Under the pieces are notes generated by a model. That model searched no databases, had not been told where the DNA came from, and saw only the letters and a program-made list of their open reading frames with translations. A stretch of DNA of 64,000 nt from positions 9,176,001-9,240,000 of the forward strand of contig CM120647.1 in assembly GCA_051362555.1 (NCBI GenBank), in the 5' to 3' direction. Made by a program: the position numbers and the translations under genes. Positions within the stretch are counted from its first letter, which is position 1. Each line of letters starts with the position of its first letter. Origin of the DNA: Lingula anatina (lineage: Eukaryota; Animalia; Brachiopoda). Below, in pieces: positions 1-10,998 of this stretch.

Positions 1-3000
1 TCAGTGAAACGACATGTCTGGAACGCTTCCCCATTACTGCCACCTCGTAGACAGACCATGGTAGGACTCGCTGGCACCAAGGATTGTTCTTTATGTAGAT
101 GTGGCCCTCTCCTTGTAGTTGTCAGTGGGTGCTTTATCGAGAATCACCACAACCGAGTTCTGTTAACAGAAAGAAAAAACAGATTAATGACGTTTCCTAC
201 ACGTCTGTTAACAGAAAGAAAAATGGATTAATGACTTTTTCTACATATGTCAGTAATCTGCAGTCAGGCTTACCCTTAAAGGTTTTCTGTTAACAGAAAT
301 AAAAACGGATTAACGACTTTCTTTACCCATGTTAGTACTCTGCAGTCAGGCTTACCTCTAAGGGTTTTCCATCTCAGTGAAACACCATATCCCCAATGGA
401 GCCACCTCGTAGACAGAATGGCCACATTCGCTGGACGATTCCCCGATGCAGACACCTCAGACAGACCATGGCTGAACTCGCTGGACGCTTCCCTGATGCA
501 ACCATCTCATAGACAGACCATGGCGGGACTTGCTGGACACTTCCCCAATGCAGCCATCTCGTAGACAGACCATGGCAGGACTCACTGGACGCTTCCCTGA
601 TGCAGCCACCTCGTAGACAGACCATGGCAGGACTTGCTGGCACAAAGGATTGATGGAAGTAGCTGACGTGTAGATGTGGGTCTCTTTTCCTTGCAGTTGT
701 CAGTGGTAGCTCTAGTGAAAATCGCCTTAATTGAGTTCTGTTAACAGAAAGGAAAACGGATTAATGACTTTTCCTACATATTTCTGTTAACAGAAATAAA
801 AATCCATTAATGACTTTTCCTACATATGTTAGCACTCTGCACTCAGGCTTCCCTTTAAGGGTTGTCTGTTAACAGAAATAAAAACGGATTAATGACCTTC
901 TTTACCCATGTTAGTACTCTGCAGTCAGGCTTACCTCTAAGGTTTTTTCCATCTCAGTGAAACACCATATGTCTGGAACGCTTCCCCGTTATCGTCACCT
1001 CGTAGACAGACCATGGCAGGACTTGCTGGACGCTTCCCCGATGCAGACACCTCATAGACAGACCATGGCAGGACTCGCTGGACACTTCCCCAATGCAGCC
1101 ACCTCGTAGACAGGATGTGGCAGGACTTGCTGGACACTTCCCCAATGCAGCCATCTTGTGGACGTAGCTGAAGTGTATATGTGAACTTCTTCTCCTTGTC
1201 AGTGGAAGCTCTATCTAAACAGAGAAAAAATAGAATTAATGACTTTTTTTTACCTATGTGAACACTCTGCATTCAGGCTTACCTTTAAAAGGTTTCCATC
1301 TCAGGGAAACACCACATGCCGTCGACGCTTCCTCATTGCAACCATCTTGTAGACAGACCACAGCAGGACTCGCTGGACGCTTCCCCAATGCATCCATCTC
1401 GTAGACAGACCATGTCAGGACTCGCTGGATGCTTCCCCAATGCAGTCACCTCGTAGACAGACCATGTAGGACTCACCGGAGGCTTCTCCATTGCAGCCAT
1501 CTCGAAGAAAGACCATTGCAGGACTTGCTGGACACTTCCCCATTGGAGCCACCTTGTAGACAGCCCATGGCAGGACTCGCTGGCACTTAGGATTGATCGA
1601 AGCAACTGAAGTGTACATGTGGCCCCTTTCTCCTTGCAGTTGTCAGTGGGAGATCTATCCAGAATAGCCAAAATCGAGTTCTGTTAATAGAAAGAAAATG
1701 AATTAATGACTTTTCCTACATATGTCTGTTAACAGAAAGCAAAATGGATTGTCACTGGGAGTTCTATCGAAAATCACCATAATCTGATTTTGTTTACAGA
1801 AAGAAAACCAGATTACGACTTTTCCAACCTATCTCAGCACTCTGCAGTCAGGCTTACCTTTAAGGGTTTGGATCTCAGTGAAACAACATATGCCTTAGAC
1901 GCTTCCCCGATGCAACCACCTCACAGACAGACCATGGCAGGACCCACTGGATGCTTCCTTAATGCAGCCACCTCGTAGACGGACCATGACAGGACTCCCT
2001 GGATGCATTCCCTAATGCAGCCACCTCATAGACGGACCATGACAAGACTCGCTGGATGCTTTCCTGATGCAGCCACCTTGTAGACAGACCGTGGCAGGAG
2101 TTGCTGGAACCAAGGATTGATAGAAGTAGCTGACGTGTAGATGTGGCTCCTTTCTCCTTGCTGTTGTGAGCAGGACCTCTATCCAGAATAGCCATCATCA
2201 AGTTCTGTTAACGGAAAGAAAAATGAATTAATTACTTTTCCAATATATGTCTGGCAACAGAAAGAAAATTGGATTGTAAGTGGGAGTTCTATCGAGAATC
2301 GCCATAATCTAATTCTGTTAACAGAAAGAAAAACGGATTAACAACTTTTCCTAAATATATCAGTACCCTGCACTAGGGCTTACCTTTAAGAGATCCCCAT
2401 CTCAGTGAAACACCATATGCCTTGGACGCTCCCACAGTGCAGCCATCTTGTAGACGGACCATTGCAGGCCTCACTGGATGATTCCCCAATTCAGCCACCT
2501 CGTAGACAGACTATGGCAGGACTCGCTGGCACTTAGGATTGATCGAAGCAACTGAAGTGTACATGTGGCCCCTTTCTCCTTGCAGTAGTCAGTAGGAGCT
2601 CTATCCAGAATCGCCAAAATCGAGTTCTGTCAACAGAAAGAAAAACGGATTAATGACTTTTCCTACATATGTCAGCACTCTGCACTGGGGCTAATCTTTA
2701 AGGGTTTTCTGTTAACAGAAAGAAAAGCAGATTAACGACTTTTCCTACTCATGTCAGCACCCTGCAGTCAGGCTTACCTGGTTTTCCATCTCAGTGAAAC
2801 ACTATATGCTTTGGACGCATGGCAGGACTCGCTGGACGCTTCCCTAATGCAGCCACCTCGTAGAGACGGACCATGGCAGGACTCGCAGCACCAAGGAATG
2901 ATCGAAGTGTAGATGTGGCCCTCTTCTACTTGCAGTTGTCAGTTGGAGCTCTATCAAGAAACACCATAATGGAGTTCTAGTAAAAGAAAGAAAAACGGAT

Positions 3001-3042
3001 TAATGACTTTGCCTACCTATGTCAGCACTCTGCTTCCTGGAC
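1..3042. repeat. Hierarchical tandem array: 7 higher-order units, each with a variable number of 52-bp subunits and ~46-bp subunits
   Basis: The motif TCAG(T/G)GAAAC starts units at 1, 374, 954, 1301, 1875, 2402 and 2791. ACAGACCATG recurs at 461/513/565/617 (period 52). CTGTTAACAGAAAGAAAAA..GGATTAATGACTTTT recurs 1-3 times per unit. The array runs off the left edge of the window. Confidence 0.95.
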
Positions 3043-3445
3043 CTGTAATAGAAGAAACCTGGAATACATGGAAAATATGCAATGACACTACAAAAACATA
3101 GCCCACAGCAGAAAGCCGTGATGTATCCTGCGAAGATTCCTGAGCGACGATTCCTCGTGGTGAGAAGCGAAGGAGTTAGCTGGCCAGCTTATAGAAACGT
3201 CGAATCCACCGATCAGACGACTCCGTGAAAAGAAACAACAACAATGTCGATGAGCGATACGTTGACATGGGACGAGGAAAAGATTCGGTGAAATGTGAGT
3301 CGACTCCTGTGTCCTTTTTGCTTGATACGGGGCGCAGCACATGACATCCTTCTTGTTGCTCCAAATCTGTCTGCGATGAATGAACGAAATTTCAAAATTT
3401 CCCGCTTTTATACCTTACCGTGAATTATAGTCACATGGTGGCGTT
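1..3445 (-). ncRNA. Putative multi-exon spliced transcript (lncRNA-like) running through the tandem array
   Basis: Unique donor CG|GTAAGG at 3418 and acceptor ttcttctattacAG at 3043. Every unit then has an AG|GTAAGC donor and a polypyrimidine-YAG acceptor. No consistent reading frame. No expression evidence available. Confidence 0.4.
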
Positions 3446-4257
3446 CCTGTTGTCACCAATGGTCAACTTGATCATAGGGGGTGACGTTTGATAGTGATGC
3501 GCAAAATTGATTATAATATCTTATTAGCATGTACACTTTATTTACAATTTTTATTTTGATTATTCTGAATATAATTTTATTTGATAATAAAAGTAATAAG
3601 TACTAAGCACTGACTTCGAAATGCACAGGCAAATTTGATGACAATTTCTGAGCAACATACCTTCTCCCCAAAATTATGATGGACACGACGACCGTTAAAC
3701 TGGTACAGGTAGCCGTGAACTTCTCACAGGCCACTATAGAACGTGTGTATTCGAACACTGCTCCAAAATGTGGATAATGTAATAGGGCGTAGGGTGACTG
3801 AGGGAGCATGGTTGTTTTGGTTGTAGTGAATTATAGTGAGTGAATTGAAAGTACACTGGACTTCGCATATACAGCCACCTCAGTGCTCTGAAACACATTT
3901 TGTAATCAACTGACTTGTTATTCTGAGAAATGAAAAACAAGTTATTGTGATTTTACGAAACGAAAGCAAGCAGCAGTACGCCAAATGAAAAATCTTGATA
4001 ACTTTATACCTGGCAGTAGAAACGAATGAATATTTTTGTATATAAAAACATCTACTGGTTTACGTAATAATTAACAACGGACGTCTCTCTTCATAGCTTT
4101 GGGTTATCAGTACTCTGATGCCAGCAGCATGAGTAGAGAAAAACAGACAAATAAATACTATATAAGATAATACGATAAAAATTAAAAGGTCTTTGACCCT
4201 GCCCAGCTGGAAAATCGAACTCGGGACTTACATCGCCTGCCACGAGAACACTCACCG

Positions 4258-4322
<65 letters not shown>

Positions 4323-4506
4323 TGGCGTAGGTGGTTATTTTTAGTTGTTTGATGTCCTTGTAATATTTTATTCATATATACAATCTTCTATTCAGTTACA
4401 CCCTTGATTAGCAAGACGATATGGAAACGGGACACAGTCAATTGTTTTAGATGAAACACGGCAAAACTACATTCTCATAGACATTCTCATAGACGTGGAT
4501 GTTTTA

Positions 4507-4641
4507 GAAAGAACCGCCCCTTTTGCTGAGAAAAGGTCCACCCTGGGTAAAATTTGATCTAAGTACATGAAGTTTTTATGGGAAAAGGTCCACTTTTTCA
4601 GAAAAAGAACCCCCCTTTTGAAATTGCTGGCTACAGGCCTG
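4507..4641 (-). mobile_element. Partial MITE, same family as 7924-8094
   Basis: Reverse-complement similarity to 7924-8046, ending in ctggctacaggcctg. Confidence 0.7.
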
Positions 4642-5221
4642 AAGGCTTATCACATTATACTTACAACTAAATTTCAGTTGTATTCATTCTGGTGATTTGT
4701 AAAATACATAGATCTGTTGATTTTACTTTTTATAGATAATTACATAAATATTCAAAGAAAACATGAAGATTGATTCAAACATTCAGTAATGGAAAGTTTA
4801 ATTAAAAGTGAGCTGCCAGTTTGTTTGTAATGTTTGTTTTCTAAGTTATTAAAATACAGAATATAGGAAAAGGCCTCCCCATAAATATTTAATACAGCTT
4901 TTTAGAAAATCGTCACATATTCTTAAGAATAAATTACAAAGAAAAGTGTGAATTGTCTGTCTTCAAATAGCTAAGCTTTGAAAAATTTTAAATTTTAAAT
5001 TTTGAAATATTTGCAGGTACAGCTATTCAGTGACCAAACGCCTTGTATGGGAAGTTCTATAGATAAGCTAAAAACTCCTTGAACCCTGTAATATATTTTA
5101 TTTGAATCATATGTTACAGTTTAGAACTCTGATAAAGTGGTTCCAGTAGAATTCAATACATTTTAAAAACTATTACGGTCTGGAATATACATGACTTTGC
5201 CATGAAATTTAGAACATCGTA

Positions 5222-5523
5222 AGGGGCGGATCCAGGGTTATTTGAAGAGGGGTCCGCGGATGCAAAGAGGGGCCAATGGTGGGAAATTTTTATTAATCGA
5301 AGGGGGGACAGGACCCCCCTGACCCCCCCCCCCCTAAACCCGGCAATGGTCGTAAGATAAGCACTATTCAGGGGTGGTTTGGGACCATCTTCTGGGTCTT
5401 CCAAAAGCCGATCAGATTTTCAAATTTACATTGACGGGTATCTAATTTTTTCTATCCAAAGACGGGAGGATCAACAAAGATAACTTGGAAGACCGTCAGA
5501 AAATAGCTCTGGATCCGCTCCTG
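5222..5523. mobile_element. Adjacent or nested MITEs of the CAGGGGCGGATCC-TIR families
   Basis: Starts aggggcggatccagg and ends ctggatccgctcctg. 5368-5523 resembles 8135-8307; 5222-5340 resembles 17500-17920. Confidence 0.7.
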
Positions 5524-6264
5524 CTATAAGCCTTGAATGTCACTAATATATTAATATATTGTAAATTCAATTACGATTCCGGTTTTCTCTCTTTTTATTT
5601 TACTTCATTGATGGATGCCTAGTTCAGATGTACAGAATTTAAGAAGAATAAAACAGATATAAGCAATAAGGCAGTTTAATATACAAGTTTAATGGTATTT
5701 GATTTTTCATTAGCTATTCACAGGTTTTTCTCTGGTTAATTCAATGACATTTCTCCACTATGTTGCGTACAATCTGCTTCCCTGGTAAAGGGCATTTAAT
5801 TCCAATGTAATGTGCAGTCTTTGTAATATTTCTGAGTCGGTGGATGCATCATTCCAAAATGCACAACCCTCTTTAAAAGTAAAAAAGACTTATAACCAAC
5901 AATAAAAGTTGACAGTAATCCGGAACAGGATATAATCAAGATATTTATTTTCTTGAATTAGGACTAGGCCTATTAAGATTTTCGCTAAAATCAACTGAAC
6001 GTGGTCTGAATGAAAGTATATCCTTACTATTAATAATAGTAATAAATGTTCGACAGAAATAAGACTTGCAATAAATTAGATATATTTAATAAAGAAAGAG
6101 CACGCATTAATTTTTAAACTAATCGTCAGATAAATTAACTAGTTAAGTCAGTCCGAATGTTGCTGTCATTGGTGTGTTAATTGCATATGTAAATGTTGTT
6201 CTCTCCTCGCTGTTGTCTCTATTTCATGTGTTAATTGTTGGCTGTAGGAGGTTAACATTGAGGC

Positions 6265-6441
6265 TCAATTCTCCTGCCCGTGACACCCTGAAGTGAGAAA
6301 AAGATTGATATTTGAAGAGGGATTAAATTCGTAAAAACCATCATTCACCCGCCATTTTTAGGCCTGATATCAAAAGATATCAAATGGAATGAGCAGGAAA
6401 GGAATAGCTTTGAATTGTTTCCTAGGAATCATTGATACCAA

Positions 6442-6477
<36 letters not shown>

Positions 6478-6788
6478 GACGAGATAATAAAAGCAATTTG
6501 TCTAACAATATTTTTTCAGTACAATTGCCCTCACATACGGTTAATTATTTAACGAGTGGAAATAACAAGTGAATTGCTCTTTGTTTTCGCTCTTGTGCCC
6601 TCGTCTCCCCTACCAATGTTTGAATACAACGCATCTAATTTCTTCCGACAAAAAAGATTAGCAAACAACTTTAAAAAGGTGTTCTTTTTTCTTAAAAATA
6701 ACCTTTTAACGCTCTTAGGTGAAATCAACTTTAGAGATATAGTTCTAATTGTGATTTCGAACTGAGTCAACCGTGAGATTTTTCCTCC

Positions 6789-6819
<31 letters not shown>

Positions 6820-7356
6820 AATGCTTACGGATCCTAAATAACAATTCAGATCCATGGGAGCCTACCTGTAGTGTGCCTTATAAAATGAAACCCGCTTAAT
6901 GATTTACACAGCATCTTGTCGATTATCCTCATTCCCCTGTAAAGGTACTGGGGCGTCAGCTCAGCGGTACGACCCCAGATGTTAACGCCCTCCATCTCAC
7001 AGTGACCAGTGGCAGTCTCGTTAAAACAGTAGCTGGACACCATGTAATGGACGTAGTCCGTGTCAGCGAACTTGAATGTGTTGGTGCCTGGAATAACGTG
7101 TAACATTTAAAGAGGATTTATTTATAGAATGAAGTGAAGGCAATGACGATGAGAGAGAGAGAGAGAGAGAATAGGTATATGTGACTGTGCAGTGTGTGTG
7201 GGTGGGGGAGGGTACACGCGCACGTATTTGTGTGTGTTAGAATGAGAATGAGATGAAAAGGAAGTGGACTCCCTTTCTTTGCATGTACGCGTTCGCCTGC
7301 TCGAGACGGAGAAAGACAGAGAAAATGAACGAGATTGATGAATTGTGTCTGATGGA

Positions 7357-7393
<37 letters not shown>

Positions 7394-10053
7394 TGTGTGT
7401 GTGTGTATGAAAGAGAGAGAAAGAGAGAGAGAGAAAGAGAAAGAGAGGGAGAAGAGAGAGAGAGAGACGGATAGATAATTCCACTCCTCTCTTGAGATTT
7501 AGTAGATAGAAAAAAGGGAGAAAGGAAAGAAAAATTATAAAACTGACAGAGAAAGGAAAACCCCGATGGAGCAGAGAACTTGCCATAACTTTGGACAATA
7601 GTATATTTCCCTCTCACTCTAGTTGGCTCTAGTTTGGAAAATGCATTGATGTCGATGCAGCTCGCCCCCATCTCGCTGTAATGTAATTTGAACGGCATAA
7701 ATTGTATATTTATTTCAAATTTTATGTATTCGTTGCCACAAACAACCTGCATGCATTTCCATAAAGTACACATCCCCCTATGACCTAGATCATATGTAGA
7801 ACATCATAATTTAAGGTAAATTAGGCAAGATTTTGACACCACATACGCCAAGGCATACCTAATTTATAACCCCCCCCCCCGCCGCCCCCCGCCCCGCACA
7901 TACACACACAAATACCCACATAACAGGCCTGTAGCCAGCAATTTCAAAAGGGGACCTTTCTCCATAAAAAAATTCATGTAGGGGCCTACTAGATCAAATT
8001 TTATCCAGAGCGAACCTTTTCCCAGCAAAAGGGGCGGTTCTTTCGACCCCCCCCCCCCCCCCCCCCCCCCGAGCCTCTCCTGGCTACGGGTCTGTCATAA
8101 TATACGCGCGAGTGTGTATGTGTGAAGAGCGGTTCAGGGGCGGATTGAGGCCGTCTTCTGGGTCTTCCGGAAGACAGTCAAATATTCAAGTTTATACTGT
8201 TGGGTATCTATTTTTTCTGTCGGAAGACGGTCAAAAATGGAGGATGGATCAAGATCAACAAAGATAATTTGAAAGACTGTCAGAAAATAACCCTGGATCC
8301 GCCCCTGCGGTTAACCCATAATTTCGTTTTAATTTCATTGCAGCCTAATTTTATACAAGTAATATACAGTGCTAAACATGAGAGCAAAATTAAAGATACT
8401 TTGGTTTTCCTTTTGTCGTCACTGCAAGCGCCCCTGTTTCACCAAGTGTTATGTTCATTGCAAAATCCAGCAATACTTCTTCATGAGGAACCCGAGGATA
8501 AGACCGCCAAATGATACTGTACCACAGACCTTGTATCTGGAAATGAAATGGAACAAAACAGATTTAGTGGTCCGTCATGAGAATTTATGGATTCCACCGT
8601 TTTGATATTTTTCTAAAATAAAGCCATTTATGACTTCTTTTTCTGATCAATAAATTAATAAATAAATGATTGATTAAATACAGAATAAATGTGCTTTCCA
8701 TCCATATTTACCTTATTTTCAATTAGCAAAAAACATAATTAGTATGTATTCATAAATCAAGTTTGAACACTAATAAAATTGTTTTCATTCTTAAGAGTTT
8801 TGTTTTCTAGGTTGCATTTCTTCAGCGTTGCCATTTTCCGCTTCTTCAGGCCTACCCAACTACCAGACTCGGCACCTAAGGATCCTGAATTAACCGGTAT
8901 ATCGGACCACACTACCCGTTTTCAAGGTGTGTGTCAGATCGCATTTCGGAGTATCAGCCAGAACACCGACAGGATGAGCCCTGACATGCTCGGCTGTCAC
9001 CTTAATTGGATAGTAAACGATTGTCGTAAAATCGCTATATGATTTTAAAACCGGGTGCATAATTTTGAAAGCCACCTAGATGAACCTTAGACTGCCACAT
9101 TAATCTAATACAATGCAAAAAAGCCCTATCAAAAGTGGTTAAAACATTCAAACCGAATGTCGTTAAGTCCCCATATATCCCCATAGAGACAATAAAATAG
9201 AGTACTCTAAAGTAAGAGTACAGTTTAAGGTTGTTCAGCCGAGCGTGGATGAGCCCGCAGTCGTGCTACAAAATTTGTTCTGGGGTATGATACTCCGAAA
9301 TGCGATCTGACACACACCTTGAAAACGGGTAGCGTGGTCCGATATACCGGTTAATTCAGGATCCTTAGGTGCCGAGTCTGGTAGTTGGGTAGGCCTGTTC
9401 TTTACGTTGATTGAATTCAGCAGATTTAATAAAAGTATTCATATTTCCCTCCACCTTTTCATCAAGTCATCCATAGTCTATCTACTTTTTTCTTCCATAA
9501 AACTAAAATCCTTTTGTACTTATATCATTACCAAACCGCGTACAGCAAAAAGAGCAATTAATTTAAGATTTTTCCCCTCAATCAAAATTTATTCCATAGA
9601 CCTTAGAGACCATTCTTAGTAGCCTATGGGTGATCCCACAAAAAAGTGAAGAGTCAGATCAATGACGCACACATTTTGTGTATTATTTGCATAATTTTGA
9701 CTTCTTTTATTCTATACTCACCAATATGACAACAAACCAGCGGTGATTAAAATGATTTAAAACAGTTGTGAAACATACCACAAGATGTGTGCGTCAATGA
9801 CCCGACACGAATGTTCACATTTTGGTAGAATGATCCATATACGACGGTCTCAACACGACACTATATGTGCGCGTCTCTTTTGCCAGGGTTTTCGTCTTAC
9901 CTTTTGTGGCCTGAGATTAAACATGGTGTCGACAGGGTGCCAGACCATGCGTCTCCCTCCTGGGACGTTAGGATACATCCCCAAGAAATACCCTGATGCA
10001 TTTTGTACCGCCAAAACAACGAGAAAAGCGTATGTGAGTGTGAGTGCCGCCAT
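6265..10053 (-). CDS. Secreted lipocalin (apolipoprotein D-like), 5 exons, 208 aa
   Basis: Exons 10053-9901 (MAALTLTYAFLVVLAVQNASG signal peptide...PQK), 8536-8400 (IQGLWY = SCR1 GxWY), 7675-7584 (GC donor G|GCAAGT), 7087-6866 (DTDY = SCR2, IWGR = SCR3) and 6287-6265 (GCHGQEN*). Intron phases 0/2/1/1 join into one 627-nt frame. Confidence 0.88.
7924..8094. mobile_element. MITE (~170 bp)
   Basis: Terminal inverted repeats caggcctgtagccag / ctggctacgggtctg. A second copy lies at 4507-4641. Confidence 0.75.
8135..8307. mobile_element. MITE (~172 bp), CAGGGGCGGAT termini
   Basis: caggggcggatt...ggatccgcccctg. Homologous copies at 5368-5523 and, inverted, at 49149-49322. Confidence 0.8.
8847..9397. 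mobile_element. Young non-autonomous DNA transposon with 110-bp TIRs, in lipocalin intron 1
   Basis: 8847-8956 is the reverse complement of 9288-9397 with one mismatch. No transposase ORF inside. Confidence 0.88.
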
Positions 10054-10259
10054 ACTTCTGAGATATAGCTGAACCGAAACACCTTCAATGTAAGTATGCA
10101 CATGTTAACGTCTAATGCGCCTAAGTTTTTAATTTAATTACATGAAATGGCTTAACGCAGAGTTGAATTGAATATGAAACCCAGTCTGGTGGGGGAAAGA
10201 TAACCCTAAATAAATTGCTAGTGTCATATTAGATAGACTTGAGGTAAATTTCAATATTT

Positions 10260-10543
10260 CCCGCATGAAAATGCAGTAATATCGAAGTAGCAAAGAAGCA
10301 TTAACGCAGTAGTGGTGTGGAGCATATTTGCAGTAGAAATGCAGTATAGCCTACTGCAATTCTACTTCAAAATTTACATAGGGTTGTACAGAGGAGGAGC
10401 ATTAATGCAGTAGATTAGCAGCATGATAGAAGCATGTTTCAAATATGCTAATGAGCTTCCTACTCGAAGCAGCTTTGAGGCATGTTTGCAGTATGATTGC
10501 AGTAGTCTACTGCGCTGGAGCATCTACTTCGTTTTCTTGCGGG
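10260..10543. mobile_element. Degenerate MITE between the lipocalin and PRDM9 start codons
   Basis: cccgcatgaaaatgcagta versus tacttcgttttcttgcggg (imperfect 19-bp TIR). Internal repeats of gcagtag/ctactgc. Confidence 0.6.
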
Positions 10544-10998
10544 TTACAAGCGAGTTTTTAAAAATCCACACAACACAAGCAGTAACAAACTACATAACAA
10601 ACATGGATTCAGGGGGAACAAAGAGCCCCCTTCCCGAAACTGACCTTTTCTCCACTTCCACCGTATAAAATTCTATAGAAGTAAATAAATAAATTAAATC
10701 AAAATGGAATTACATAAGATTAAATGAAATTGTCCGCTCACATTACAGTAAAATTTTAGAAATTCCATTTAAAACAGAAGCCTTTGCCAAACATCAACTT
10801 TAGTCAAACACCTCATCGGTGACGAAACAAGGAAAAAGACGACAATGTGTTAGAGAAGATGCAAATGAAAGCAACTGATTGTGTTGGGCTGAGGCGGCCT
10901 CGATTTCAACATGCCGCGCAGACGACATTTTCAGTAGTAGGAAGGAAAGTTGACCCCGAAGAACTTTACTGATTTTCTTCCACATTCTGTGAGAGAAC

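Noticed and set aside
287-355. Mirtron or hammerhead ribozyme in the array unit
   Set aside because: By eye, the 69-nt intron ends pair poorly. No CUGANGA core accompanies the GAAAC motif on either strand. Folding was not computed.
374-2900. CRISPR-like array
   Set aside because: The 52-bp units are contiguous with no unique spacers, the context is eukaryotic, and there are no cas genes.
7122-7598. 158-aa and 178-aa ORFs, and similar THTH/RERE/CVCV ORFs elsewhere
   Set aside because: They arise from (CA)n/(GA)n microsatellites. Only 7675-7584 is a real exon.
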